From Eledone cirrhosa (taxonomy: Eukaryota), in NCBI GenBank assembly GCA_964016885.1, contig OZ024740.1, positions 230,950,001 to 231,014,000 of the forward strand: a DNA stretch of 64,000 nucleotides, given 5' to 3'. The translations under genes were made by a program, and so were the position numbers. Below, piece by piece: positions 11,771 to 25,745 of the stretch. The notes beneath the pieces are model-generated. The model was not told the origin of the DNA, did not search any database, and saw nothing but the letters and a program-made list of their open reading frames with translations. Each line of letters begins with the position of its first letter. Positions within the stretch are counted from its first letter, which is position 1.

Positions 11771-12408
11771 TATATATATATATTATTACGGTGATGATGA
11801 TGATGATCATCATCATCGTTTAACATCTATTTTCCACACTAGCATAGGTTAGATGAGCTATCTTGTGTGACAAGCCAGGTCGGGGGACCATATTTTGCTC
11901 ACACAGAACTGATTTTGGCTTGGTTTCTATTAGGGGAATTATATTATGGCACCAGTACTATCACTTTCCAGAGTGTACTGGGTGTATTATATTGTGGCAC
12001 CAACAGTAGGTTGGTTCCTGTCTTAAATATAATAATATAGAAAGTTAAAATGCATTTATATCTTCAAATACTTTATTTTCATTATAATTACAATGCTTCA
12101 TTTTAAACATTTTTAAATACTCAAAATCGTACATACTTAAAATATTTTACAAATGCATATATATATCTCTCTGAGTCCCATTACTTCTGAGGGAATCGTA
12201 GGAACACTACATATGGCATTTCTAGGGCATCTTATTTAAACCTGGTGGAGCCCAACTCCTCTCCAGAGAAGGATAGAGAATGTAAGTCAGAAAGAGATAT
12301 AGAGGAAGAATCAACTCTCATACTAGACTGGTACTTTCTTTTTTATCGACCTTGAACAGATGAAAGGCAAATTACTATATAAATCTATATAACAATTCTA
12401 TATACTTT

Positions 12409-13200
12409 ACAAGTTTGGCTTTTACACCCACCTTCCTTCTTTTGATTACTGAATGCTGAAACTGGTGCATTATTGCACCAGTACTTGCAATTCTTGCACT
12501 TAATTCAGCCTCTTACATTCCGTCACTCATGAACATGGACCAAGATGCTTGAACTTCTCTACCTGCTTCAGTGGAACTCCATTCACATGTAGAGTGCACG
12601 AGCGTCTCAGTTTTCTCAGCCATGCAATACTCACCATCAAACCTGTTGAGTTAAATAACACCATATCGTTTGCAAATTCCAGTTGACTGATTTTACACCC
12701 GCCAATCATGATACCACTTCCAACCTAGCTGCACATGTCAATCATGTTGATGTAAATAATGAACAGGAGAGGTGACAGTGTGTGCCATTTGCAGAGTCCA
12801 ACTCCCATATTGAATGGTTTTGTTTTAGCACCATTTATCTGAACACTAATACTTGGGCATTCGTGTAAATATTTGGCTGGCTGTGCTGCGTCTGGGACAA
12901 AAACCTCACTGTTCATCAGCTAGCTTGGACTTGACAATCTCCCTACATCTCTTTGCCAGACACTTAGCATAGACCTTACTCGGGAGGCTTAACAAGGATA
13001 TCCCTCTGTAATTGGAACAATCTCTCTTGTCTCCCCTTTTGAAAATTGGTATTATCATTACCGATTACCATTGCTTAGTTCTCTTTCCAGAGATCCAGGC
13101 CACCCGGCAACATAGGAGTCAACCAGAGAATACCTTCTCTATTTAAGACTTTTAACATCTTGGGCTGGATTTCATCTTCCCCACTGGCCTTGTCACATTT
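12409..13200 (-). mobile_element. RTE-clade LINE RT fragment (second RTE family), degraded
   Basis: Minus-strand GEDEIQPKMLK, NYRGISLLS, GVGL..LSPLLFIIY, FANDMV, KQVEKFKHLG. Confidence 0.8.
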
Positions 13201-13549
13201 CTCAGCAGAGCTGTCCTGCTAGAGAACAGGTGACAGGTGGCAGATAGCGATATGGCCACCAGATATAATAACTAGTTGCAATATAAGCAGGCAACTGCCG
13301 GACAAATAATTAACGCTTAATTAATTGGAGTTTGATCCTCAAACGAATGTTCCAGTTGTTCGATCAACAAAACCACTTGCTCGTAAAATTAACATGTAAA
13401 TGACTGAATAACCTAGTTCAGGAATAAGTGAGCAAAGACCTTCTCCAAACTAATCTGCTAGAGAATGGGTTACAGGTGGTGGATAGCAATACGGCCACCA
13501 GATATGATGATTAGCTGCGATATAAGTGGGTACCTGCTGGCTGAATAAG

Positions 13550-15250
13550 CAACCCCAGAGCAACTGTGGTAAACTACTAGGGGAGATGTAGCAATGGGTG
13601 ACACCTGTAGCTCCCAAGAAAACTCTCACAACCCAGTGATGTAGCTACGATGAGGCGAGTAAAGGCCACCTCTAAAAAAAGCCTAGTCTTTGCGGATTTG
13701 ACAAAGTACCAGATTCATGACTGGTGTGAATAAGACCACTGAAACTGAAACACGATGAGGAAACCTAAAACGAAGAAGAACCATACCGCACTGTCATTTG
13801 TGTATGATAACGAGGAACACATCTAGGTCTTAGGTACAGGGGCCTGTTCAAAAAATATATTGCAGTTTCCATCATGTGCTGCCTCCTTGGAGGTGTGGGA
13901 TGGATGCTCAAACATTGCATATCCTGAGATCCCAAGAGGGTCCGGAAGGGAGCAAACCATAACAGTTGGATCCTGAAACATCACAACCCTTACAGGTAAG
14001 GAGCAGGAACTAGTAGGGGAGGCTAGATGCTAACAGTTAGATATAGTTGGGGTTTCCTCAACAAAGTTCTGTGGCTCTGATACTGTAGATTTGGATGGAG
14101 GATGGAAACTCCACTATTCAGGTGTGGCGCCATAAATGATTTCCCAGGCAGGAGTGGGGATACTCACAAGGACCTGGCTGTCAGAATGTGTTATAGACTG
14201 GATCCCGTTAGGAGGGAGGATTTGCCTCTTGAAGCTTAGGCTGAAAGATAGGTCTTTGTGGGTGGTGCAAATTTATGCACCAAACAATGAGCCCGAATAC
14301 AGGTCTTTCCTTGATGAAGCTTCTGCAGCGTTAGATGTAATTAAGACTGAGTCATATAGCTTGATGAGAGACGTCAATGCACATGTGGTACTGATGACCT
14401 GACATAGAAAGGAGTGATTGGAAGGAATGGTGACCTCGATCTAAATACGAATATCTAGATTTCTGTTCTAGCAATGGACTCGCTATTATGAACACCTTCT
14501 TCCAGCACAGAGACATCCACAAATATACATGGTAGAAGGGGAATCAGGGACAGATATCAATCATTGATTTTGTTATTGTCTCAGATATCTTTCATTCTGT
14601 GCTGATGTTCGTGTTAAGAGAGGGGCTGAGCTGTCAACAGATCTCCATCTAGTCATCTATTGCTTGGAACTAATTAAAGCCAAGGAAATTCACAAAACTG
14701 GCAGGTCCAGGGCGACCTACAGGATAAAGTGGGAAGCATTGGTGGATAAGGACGTTAGGACTAAGTATGCAGATACTATTGCATCCAAATTCAGAGAACT
14801 CCTTGAGCAAACTGAGGATGTTGAGACAGGGGAGATTGTTCAGCGCTGCAGTTTCTGCTTCAGCTGTTAAATGCTGCAGGCAAAATAGACTTGGTGTGGA
14901 GCCAGATGGCAGGAGCCCTTGGTTCAATCAAGGTGTCAAAAATACCATCTGAACAAAGAAGGAGGCTTACAATGCTTGGCTTGGAAATAAGTCCTCCTTC
15001 TTGCACTTGTGGTACAAGCATGCACAAAAATCGCAGCAGAGACAGTAAAGGCGTCCAAAGTTAAGACATGGGAGGACTTTGGGGTTAAGCTGGAATCTGA
15101 CTTCAGATCAGCAAATAAAATGTTCTGGCAGACCGTCCGCCAACTTCGTAATAAGAAGCCCTCCTCCATACCTGGGATTCTCCTCTTCCCGGAGAGGTGC
15201 ATCCTTGCAAGGTGGAAAGAATACTTTGTTGGTCTCCTAAACCCAAACAA
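13550..15250 (+). mobile_element. RTE-clade LINE 5' UTR plus APE endonuclease fragment, degraded
   Basis: AGVGIL, LWVVQIYAPN, MRDVNAHV, MNTFFQHRDIHKYTW, SIIDFVIV, ILARWKEYF. Confidence 0.8.
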
Positions 15251-18200
15251 GGAAGACAACCTAGAAAAATGATCTATTTTCTAACCTCACCTCACTTATT
15301 CCACCTCCCCTATTATTTGGGACCCGAGTGTACTCTATATTTTTAAAGCACTCTAAATATAATTTACCATCTCATTCACTCGGTTTGTACTAATGTATTT
15401 CTTTATATTTGTTTATTTATATATGTATGTACTTTCTTGAATATTGAAAGTTAAATCTTCTTTCTATGGAGACAGCCCCAGTAATTCTTCAGGAGTCGAC
15501 CATTGATAGCTCTCACATTAGATCAAGTTTAACCCTTGAGTTTGCAGCCTGGTCAAAATCAAAAGCCATCATTTTAAACGTTTCCAATGTAAATTCTTCC
15601 AGCATAATTGTATATTAGAACTTTACATTGTGACTATCTTTCTAATAAAATAATAATTTTAGAAAATTCTTCAAAATTCTTCTTTAATTTAAATAGAGTG
15701 TATTTCATTAAGTCATGAAACGGTTAATAAATAATTTGGAAAACTGTTAGCTAAGGCCTGTTTCAGCCTTGAAATTAAAAAAAAATATATTTTACATTAG
15801 GACAATTAAGTCTCGAGGGAGTTTATAGGTGCCATATTGATGTACGGTGTTTCTTAAAGCATTTTAAAACCTGGTGGAGCCCATCCTCTCTCCAGTTCTG
15901 AATACAGCAGATTTCTTTCAGAGAAGGATAGAGAGTGAGAGAATGGAAATGAGAGAGAGATGTAGAAAAAGAATCGATCCCAGTACTAGACTAATACTTG
16001 TAATTTTAGCAATGTGAAATAAAAGTAAATTCATATGCACTACAATTTATAAAACTTGTAATTTTGCTCTCAGTAGGTTGTTCCCAATTCTTTAACCTTT
16101 CTGTTACCATATTTTTAATGAAAGTTGCTACCTATAATTTCTAAATCATTTTGAAAATAATCAAGTATTTAGCGAGATTTCACAATATAACTTTCTCATT
16201 ATAAAGTTGGTGTTTTGGGTATAACTTAATGAGCTTTCTTACATAGAATTATGATGGAAGGCTTTTAGATAAATATTGATTGATTAACAAGGTCTCAGAC
16301 CTCATTCATGTACTCATCAAATTGAACCAAAGAAATAATGTTTCCATTGGTCTTTCCATTGCTGATGCTATCTACTGGTCACAGCTCCTGGCAGATAGAT
16401 AAATATAAACACTTTAAAACAGAACCAGGAGTGATTTCATGTGGTTTGGTATCAAAATTAGGCAATTGTTTAATATCAAATAAAAAAATTAATTTTTCCA
16501 AGGGGGTTTCTGATAATTTGAATTCACTTACTTTGAGCCAGCAAGGAAATATACAACATTTAAAAAAATGGATTTTGAGAGAGAAAGAAGACAATGACAA
16601 GATTTGTTCTATTGTATATGAGATAGAATGGTAGTGAGGTTAAAGTGTTCAGGGGTCCAAACCACAATACAGCTATGTCTATTCAGTTTAGAATAAGTAC
16701 ACCATATCCCTACAAGTTGTAAGAGGGGAATAAAAAAAGTTGGCACCAGGAAGAGCTTCAAGCAGTAAAACTTTGTTTTACTTATTCTTTCATATCTGAT
16801 ACTTATATTATCAATTTCTTTTTGTTAAACTGCTAAGTTATGGGACATAAACATAAACAGATCTAAACATAAGCACAGATATGAACACACAAATGCAGGT
16901 TATTTTTAAAAAATAGATATCATTTGGGAAGCAAATATCCTAGAAACTAGAAAGTCTAAGACAATGAGACTGAGCAGGCTTAATGTTGTGCAACATAAGA
17001 TTTATTCCTCAACATTTGTCAACATTATAAAACTAATTCACAAAATATTATGGTAGTTTCTGGGATATTTATAATTTTTGATGATTTATTGTTAAAGAAA
17101 TAAAGAATAAAAATATATTTTAAAAAATGAGGTTCCCTAAGGTATATGGCCCTAAGCTATAGCTTATTTAGCTTATAGCTAAGTCCAGCACTGGTTCCAG
17201 GTCATATTAATGTAGTTTAAGGCTGGTTGTCTATGGGAACTTCTGCATGTTGATGACACACACATGTAAGTGTGTATTTAACTCTTTAAAAATCATATTA
17301 AATAACTAATTTAAAAAAAAAAAAAATCAATTGTGAGATCATCCTCATCATCATTTAACATTATTTTCTCTTCTAGAAAATGTTGGATATTGTAAAAATA
17401 AATAAATGGAATTAGAAAATCTGTTGATTTACAGTTTAACCCTTACATTATTATATTTTTTTAATGAAAAACACTGTATATGATTTTAAAATTTTGTAAA
17501 TAAATAATTTTTTGAAGAGATTTAGTAATATAACTAACTTTCTCTTTATTAAGCTGATGTTTGGAACATAACTTAACAAAGGTTCTGACATGAAATCATG
17601 ATGGATGATTTTTTAGTTAAATATAAACATTTTAAAATACATAGCTTAAATGTTACAGAACCAGGGGCAGTTATTATAGGCAATTTGCGACCAAAAGGTA
17701 TAACAACACACTGCAATTATTACCTAGCAATTATTTTGTCCTTAAGCAAATAGCTAAATTAAAAATAACAGTAGTTAAGAAATAATTACAGGCCATGTCT
17801 GTAATTATTTTCCTAGTGAAACAAGGCAAGCTTTGCTGAGCTTTATACTATGGTTTCAGAAATTGATAGTAGTTATTATCGCATGTAATTATAGGGGAAG
17901 ATAAATGATGTCAATACCAATAAGACAGATATAAACATTTTGTTATTGTTGGGATTGTCAATACAAACACAAGAATGAAAACTTTAGTAGAGTACTCCCG
18001 GGTCCCAAATAATAGGGGTGGGTGGAATAAGCGGAGGCGGGGGGGGGGGGGGGGGGGGTAATTTTTCTAGGTTGTCTCCCTTGACTTTTTTTAGAAACCA
18101 GAATTAGTCGTTTGTTTACATATTGAGACCCCAACCTATCCTATTTATTTTATAATGTATGAGATTCCTAGTAATGTTCTTTTTTTGTCATATATAATGG

Positions 18201-18882
18201 TTTTTAACCCTTTAGCATTTACATTACTCTATATTTACTATTGTATTTTCACAGTAAACACTTCATTACTCATAATATCGAATCTACGAGATTTTGATAT
18301 TACTTATTTTGAGAACAATACCTTAATATAAGTATGAGTAGGTAGTTATGGCTGGTTTGAATAGAAAGAGGTGAGAGAATTCTGTCTGGATATGGCCGGT
18401 TTAACTGCTAAAGGGTTAATGTCTAAAGAAAATGAATTATCACAGGAATGCTACCACTTAAAATAAAATTTCACTGGAGATAGATTAGCAAAATTTAAGT
18501 GGAGTGGTTGGAATAAGAGCAGTGGGGTTTAGAAAAATCGGAAAAATGAATAAGTGCAGGGGGTGGGTGGGGATTATTTTTGTACAAACCTCATTTAAAA
18601 AAGAATTAGATATAACAATACTAAAATCAAAGTAAAATTTTTTGTATATATTTAGTTTAAAAGATGTATACCATATCCCTGCATGCTGTAAGAGGCTACT
18701 AAAAGGGTTGGTGCCAAGAAGGACATCTGGTTGAAAAACGTTCCATATAAAGGACCCTTTTGATAAGTAGGAAACCTGCCATGGAGCCTGCATGGCTCAT
18801 CTTTTCTTTGGTAGGGGAAAATGACCTTAACACACTTCTTGTTGTTCTTGTTGAGTATTAAAAACAAAGTAAAAATAATAAT

Positions 18883-19011
18883 TATTTCTACTTTTGGCAC
18901 AAGGCCAGCAATTATCCCACTACATTACTGGTACTTTAATTTATCGACCCCGTATGGATGAAAGGCAAAGTTTACCTCGCCGGGATTTGAATTCAGACCA
19001 TAAAGGGTCGT
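18883..19011 (-). mobile_element. 5'-truncated SINE (Nin/Deu-domain type) in the FBXO31-like 3' UTR
   Basis: Minus strand CTTTGCCTTTCATCC..GGGGTCGATAAA..AAGTACCAG; 20-bp TSD AACAAAGTAAAAATAATAAT at 18863-18882 and 19012-19031. Confidence 0.8.
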
Positions 19012-19052
19012 AACAAAGTAAAAATAATAATAATAATGAATTGAGATCTTTG

Positions 19053-19209
19053 CTATAAGAAACTGTCTTCTACACGATAGAAAGCATATAGCATCTTTGT
19101 TTCAAAAGTAAGAATTGTAAAAAACTTTTTGTTAAAAAGGATGAGGTGACAATCAACTAAAGCAGTTGTGTTTTGACTTGTAGAAAATATCTGGAACTTT
19201 CCATGGAAC
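19053..19209 (-). CDS. FBXO31: FBXO31-like F-box protein, coding exon 9 (last)
   Basis: ctttcAG acceptor; (R)FHGKFQIFSTSQNTTALVDCHLILFNKKFFTILTFETKMLYAFYRVEDSFL*; phase 2 matches exon 8; aligns with the FBXO31 C-terminus (FYGTGLIA..FILFDEDRFGFVW..LYSRV). Confidence 0.85.
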
Positions 19210-19266
19210 CTGAAAGATAAATAAACAAATAAAGAATAAATAGGGAAAAAAGAGGCAAAAACAATA

Positions 19267-20403
19267 CAGGGTTGCTCAGTTATTTGCAGACATTTGTATG
19301 AATTTAATAAAAGTCACATAAATCATGAAAGGAGAGGTTTATTTGAGAAAAAATTGGCATGGATAATCTTGAGACCCTTCTTGATGCATCTACTTAATGA
19401 ATCCACCTTTAGCATCAATGACTGCTTCAATGCATGGCTTGAAACACTGACATGCCCGAATCAGATTATCTTTATCTAATCTGTGTTAGTTATGGCAGAC
19501 TTAAGAGATTTTATAGTGTTATTGAAGCATTGATTGACTTCCCTCTTGGCTACGTCCCATACATATTAATCCAATGGATTCAGCTCTCCAAAACTAAGTG
19601 GCCATATGTATGGGGTGATGTGATTATGGAGTTTGTAACTCATCAATTCTTGAATCATTTTGACCTTATGGAACGCCACAGAGTCTTGTTGCTATGTGTA
19701 GTCTTCCTTTGTTCACACTCTATCCAAGGCCTCACAACCCTCTTAACACCTTATAGTCAGCAGCATTGACCATTAAACCATGAAGAAAGAAGTGAGGAGG
19801 CATGATATAGACCTCGTTGCTCATAACTCCCAGAAACATCACAGGTGTTCAAAGATTTGTGTGCAGGACAGTTGGAACATCACTAAGGTCAGTACATAAC
19901 CACCTGGTTTTCCTTTGGTTGACCTTTTGGTCCTGATCAAAGTTTAATATGCTCATCAAGCACTTCGCACGGATCAAATGGTTGATGAATTGGCCTCTCT
20001 GCATCACATATGACATGTATTGAAGGTCCTCATGCACAATTCTTCCAATAGTATGTCTTGAAGCCTTAGAAATGGTGCTAATTGACTTTTCAGGATCTTA
20101 TCAATAATCTTTTGCACCTTTCATACAAGTTTGGGTGTTCTGATGGTATTAGGACCCTTAGCAAAGTGTTTTACATTTGGCTACTACTGTAGAATCCCTG
20201 TTAGCTGCTTTGCAAACTTTGACAACAAACAGCCATGCAACCTTCAGGAAGCAAGCAATTTTTAAATCTCTATGCTTTGTCTTTAAGGCAATGGTTACTG
20301 CATACCTTTTAATTTGCTAAGTTAGCTTGATGTCTGTCATAATCAGAACAAGTTAGAGCTATTAAAAGATGAAAAAGATGTGTCCTGAAAGAATTGAGCC
20401 CTG
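19267..20403 (-). mobile_element. Tc1/mariner maT (DD37D) transposon, degraded
   Basis: TA-flanked imperfect TIRs CAGGG..GCTCA(G/A)TT; minus-strand QQD(37 aa)..WPLSFGELNPLD gives DD37D spacing. Confidence 0.85.
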
Positions 20404-21971
20404 TAGAAAATTGTGCAAAGAATATACATTTTTAGACTACTATAAGCCCTTGGGTAGTAGATTTAATTTATCAACTGGTTTAACATCACTTGGGTGCTTT
20501 TAGAGGGACCATTTTGTTGCAAGTATTCGGGCAAGGTTTCTAGTGTGAAGATAGTTTCTTCCTGCCTCCCACCAGTCCTGAAAACCTGGAAATAGTGATA
20601 GACACTGTCCTCCCCTTCCTGAAGCCCTGAAAAGAGTAATGGACACTGTCCTTCCCTCCCAGTATCATCCCCATCATCATTCAACTGCAATAGCAGTCAA
20701 CCATAATCCCCTTTCACCCATTACAACTTTCATAATCAGTTTTGGTTTACTAATCAATTGATTAGCCCTGGCCATTGATGGTATTTCAATCTTTAGGTAG
20801 AATTTTAAATCAGAGTGCACACTACCAAAACATATAGTGCAAGGCATCTCATCTGATGCTCTGTGTGTGTCACCTACATGCAGGGGTCACTGCACTAGAA
20901 ACTTTTAGATCCATCCTAATCCTGTCTCCATCATGGAGAACCCCATCGTTGCAGAGCTTGGAAGGAAGATGAAGGGATGAGTTGTACAGATGAGTAGATT
21001 CCAGTGAGGTGGGAGATGCACAAACTTTATGCTCTAATAATTTAGCCAATCTCCTCTTATGGACTTATACTTTATCTTATTGACCTCAAAAGGATGAAAG
21101 GCAAAGTTGACTTCAACAGTATTTGAACTCAGAGCACAGATACTGGATCAAGTACTACAAAACATTCTATCTGATGCCTAACTACTGCCAATTTCCTGCT
21201 TCTGACTAAACATTATTAGCACCATTTAACATCTATTTTTCTTGCACAGGTTAGAGGAGTTGTCATGTTATGAAACAATTCAGATCAGGTGACCAATGAC
21301 TTGCTGTATTTTGGCTTGGTTTTTACATCTGGATGCTCTTCCTAACACCAACCACATTATAGTGCTTTTTAATGTGGTTGGACTGGGTGCATTTTTGTTA
21401 TGTCATCAGCACGACCACTTTACAGGGTTCACTGGGTGCTTTGTTTCTTGTGTCACTAACACAGCCCACTTACAGGATGGACTGGATGCTTTTGTTGTGG
21501 CACCAAATACCACAATGACATTTTATCTGACACTTTACCAATTCTGCCAATCCACTACCCTTCTCTGATTAAACATTAAAATATATATAAAAGTCAAATT
21601 TCTACTGCTGTGGTGTGGCACTAACTTCTAAATCTGGTTAAACAAATATATATATATTTAACCTCAAAAAATGGACTAAAATATTCAACATTTTACATGA
21701 GTAAATACGGTATTACTTTGAGGGGCTTGAAATTCAAGCTACATTCCAAAGTACCACATAAGTAGCAGAAGCCCAACTGAACTCTAAAGGAATAAAAACA
21801 AAACAATGAATTACAGTAATATTACCAATTCTATGTATCAAAACACACGTCCTAGTAAATAACAAAATCCATAAACAAGACTGTGTAGCTCTTATAGCTA
21901 TTTACACTTGCTCTTTTACTCATATTCATCAAACTTAACAGACTAGCTTAGTGCAATTAATTTATATCTCA

Positions 21972-23157
21972 CTAGCAGCAGGACCCGGTGTTGTACGGGG
22001 TAAGAAACATAAAATAGCAACACGCATATGCAAAGATTGAGGAATGTAGCTATGTACTTTTTGAATTCCCTTATTCTCAGGGAATGATTGTTCATCTACT
22101 GGAAACGTAGATGAACCAGCAGGCCCGAATTGTGAAACATCTACATGCATGTGCAAAATCTGAAGAAAATCAGCTGGATACTCTTTAAGTGTACTAAATC
22201 TTACAGTATGATTTTTCTTCCATTTGGAGAAAAGTGGTTAGGTACTTTTCGAGTTTTATAGATTCGCACCCAGTCATCCGGACATACATCATCAATTATG
22301 TCTATTGCACCTGCAGGCATTCTGTACAGAGTAAAGCCTGCAATGCTTGAGTAAGACATGTCATGCAACCGCACAGCATGTTGGGCCTTCCCCACAGGAG
22401 ACCATAGCCTCTTCGTAAATCTACCCAAATCTGATATAGACCGAACTGTTATATCGGATGCCGAATGCTTCGGAGTTACTATTGGGGTCACCATCAACAA
22501 TTTCAAGTGGGAGTCACCGCGGAATTAGCACAACCGCTGTTCAGCATACTTGCGCAGGGCGTTCATACTGCAGTGTAGGTGCAACTAAAGGGGTCTTAGT
22601 AGAAGTAGCACAGACGTGAGTTTTACGGTGTCAATAACACGCAACATACACAGGGCCCAGATTTGCGTGTGATGAAAGCACGAAGTGTCAACAGGGTGCT
22701 GACAAAAGTTTTAAGGTCCTCCTCATTTCCTCAATCCCCCAACATATTATACGCTACTTACAATGTTTAAGTAGTGTTTATATTGAAAATAAAAATGGCA
22801 TGTAATGCCAAATGCTAATTCGTAAATTTCCTAGAAACCATTAATGGAATCAGAATTTTTTTTTGTCCCCAGCAATGCGAGGGGACTAATGTGTGCTGCA
22901 AATTTCGAGGAAATTGGCTGGATTATCTTTAAGTTACACCTCAAAAAAGCCTAACAATGCCCCCCCTCCCCTCCCCCAAATGCAGTTTTTCGTCTAATGC
23001 GGGCCCTAGGGCAGAAAAAGTTAAATTTTAGCCCATTGCACTTCAAGAAATATAAGTAACGCATGTGTAAAGTTTGAAAAAAATCGGTCGGGTACTTCTC
23101 GAGTTTTAGGGATTTACACAGACAGACAGACATCCTCTGTTTTTATATATATAGAGA
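21972..23157 (-). mobile_element. Non-autonomous Helitron
   Basis: Minus strand starts TCTCTATATATATAAAA..(GTCT)n, ends with hairpin CCCGTACAACACCGGG and CTAG, inserted between A and T with no TSD. Confidence 0.85.
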
Positions 23158-23167
23158 TAATTACTGT

Positions 23168-24461
23168 ACTGCACAGGCTTCCTTCAGAGGACAAGTGTCT
23201 CAGTTTTCACAACACTGATTTTCATTCCAGTCATGCAGCACTCAGCAGCAAACCTATCAAGTGCAAGTCAGAGATCACCTTCTGTCAAGTTAAGTAACAC
23301 CATATCATCTGCAAACCCCAGCTGACTTATTTAACACCTGCCAGTCATCATACCACTTCCAATCTGGCTGCACATGTAAATACTGATCATGAAAATAATG
23401 AACTGGAGAGGTGACCGTTTGCACTCTTGGCAGAGTCCAACTTCCATATTGAATGGTTTTGATTTAGCACCATTTATCCGGGCATTCATATAGAGACACC
23501 AGGGCAACCAGAAGCTGACCATTGACCTGATACTACTGCAGAACCTTTCACAGCAGGTTCCAAGGAACATGGTCATATGTCTTTTCGAGGTCTACAAAAT
23601 AAGATATACCTCTTGGCAATACTCCCATGATTCCTCAAAGACCTGCTGCAGTGTTAATATTTGGTCAGCTGTGCTGTGTCTGGGTGAAAACCACATTGTT
23701 CATCAGCTAGCTTGGATTCAACAATCTCCTTGCATTTCTTTGCTAAACACTTAGTATAGACTTTACCAAGGAGATCCCACTGTAATTGGACAATCTCTCC
23801 TGTTTCTCTTTTGAAAATTGGGATTATCACTCCTGATTGCCATTATTTAGGTGCTTGTGCAGTGCACTCTACATGTGAATGGAGTTCCACTGAAGCAGGT
23901 AGAGAATTTCAAGTATCTTGGGGCCATGTTCATGAGCGATGGAAGGCATTCAGTACTCAGAGGTAGGGAGGTAGGTGTAAAAGCCAAATTTGCTATCTTC
24001 AGTTCGGTTTTTGTTCTAACCCTTATCTATGGTCATGAATCTTGGGTATTGATCAAAAGAATGTGATCGCGAATACAGGCGGCCAAAATGGGGTTCGTCG
24101 GAAGGGTCTTTGAAATAACGCTACTCGATAGGTTGTGTAGCTCGGAGATCAGAGAGTCACTCCAGGCAGAGCCGTTACTTCTCTGAATTGAGAGAGCACA
24201 GCTCCAATACTATGGGCATGTGGTTAGAATGTCTCAGGAAAGAATCGTTGGACAGATTTTATGGGCAAAACCAACCGGCAAGAGGAGACCCAGGAGCAGA
24301 CGCTGAGCAAGATGGCTGGATAACATATATGAGCTCAGCTGGTCTCGCTTTGGGATCCAGCAGGATCAGTTAGAGACAGTTGCTTCTGACAGGACGTGCT
24401 GGAAGGAGTGTTTGAAGACTCTGCCCTCATGACCCTCTCAAGAATAAGTGAACGAAGAAGA
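23168..24461 (+). mobile_element. RTE-clade LINE insertion with 5' inversion
   Basis: RT segment on minus (23168-~23848) and contiguous thumb/3' end on plus (~23851-24461) with (GAA)n tail; TSD TAATTACTGT at 23158-23167 and 24462-24471. Confidence 0.85.
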
Positions 24462-25410
24462 TAATTACTGTTTATTAGGTGGGTAATATATCTATAGGTA
24501 TGCCACTACCTACCATTTTACTATAAGCTCTGAGCATTCAGCTATAAGCACCAAACATTCCAGCCATAGAGCAGGCTGCAGTAAGGTAGGCACACGTTTG
24601 GGTAAATCTTTAGTTTCAGGCATGTATTTGCAATAATATAAATTTGCCTTAAATTCATGATGATTTTGTAACAGCGTTATTTTTACATACAGAGTGATAC
24701 CATGACCCACAAATGTTGACCTGTTAGCCATGAAATATTAGAGTCAACTTTTATACGAGGTCTATATAAAATTCAATAATATTTGGTCAAAAATAGGGGG
24801 TTGACTTTTACATGAGATCGACTTCAGCTGTAAAAATAAATATTAAGCAACTGACAAGAATACTTTTGTAGTTATCTCCCTTTAGATTTTAAGTATAACA
24901 AAAATTGTGAACATGTAGAAATATGTTATATCTGTTGTATAACCCTAGGTCAGCCTTGATTAAGTAGACCTGTGATGAAAGGTTTTCCACTTGTTACCTT
25001 CCTGTTATTTTTATTTTTCAGGAATAGTGTACCTAAGATTACATTATTCAATGTAACCTCTTAAAAAAATTACCCTATAAAAAAATGTTAGTGAAATTAT
25101 GCTGCTATTACTAGCAGGTTGATTGACTGCATAGAGATAACTGTGTGTATATATCCTATTAACTTGTAGACACACATACATACTGTTGCTTTTTGCATCT
25201 TCCTTGCTATTTATTGCTTGTCTTTCATCGGATTAAGGTGGTAGGGATTATTCAGAAAATATAGGCATTGGGTCCACAATATCTTTGAAATTTGTATAAA
25301 AAGAGTCCCATGCCAGAATAAGTTTGGGAAACACAGCTTTAGAGAATAGGAAAAAATGCCTCATTACATTTAATTAAGGCCCTTACATTTTCAGTTGAAG
25401 TACCAGTGAT

Positions 25411-25745
25411 GGTGCATGGCTTAGTGGTTAGAGCATTGGGCATGTAACCATGAGGTTGTGAGGGTAATTTCTGGACCGGATGATGCATTGTGTCCTTGGC
25501 AAGAAACTTTATTTCCCGTTGCTTCAGTTCACTCAGCTGTAGAAATGAGTTGCGACATCACTGGTGTCAAGCTGTTTTAGCCATTGCCTTTTCCTTGGAC
25601 AACATCGGTGGCATGGAAAGGGGAGACTGGTATGCATGAGCGACTGCTGGTCTTCCACAATGGACTTGTGCCTTGGAAGAGAACTTTCTAAGTGAAAATC
25701 CCATGGTCATTTGTGTGCGAAGGGTGTCTTTAACTTTACCCTTAT
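25411..25745 (+). mobile_element. tRNA-derived SINE
   Basis: TGGCTTAGTGGTTAGAGCA head, core GTGTCCTTGGCAAGAAACTTTATTTC..CACTCAGCTG; related copies at 58875-59200 (-) and 61630-61950 (+). Confidence 0.75.

Noticed and set aside
13860-13930. HDV-like ribozyme at the RTE 5' end
   Set aside because: Hairpins are present but I could not assemble the nested double pseudoknot; needs a descriptor search.
15255-18080. Inverted ~90-bp match as the TIRs of one 2.8-kb element
   Set aside because: The termini face the wrong way; they look like ends of two separate copies of a DNA-transposon-like repeat.
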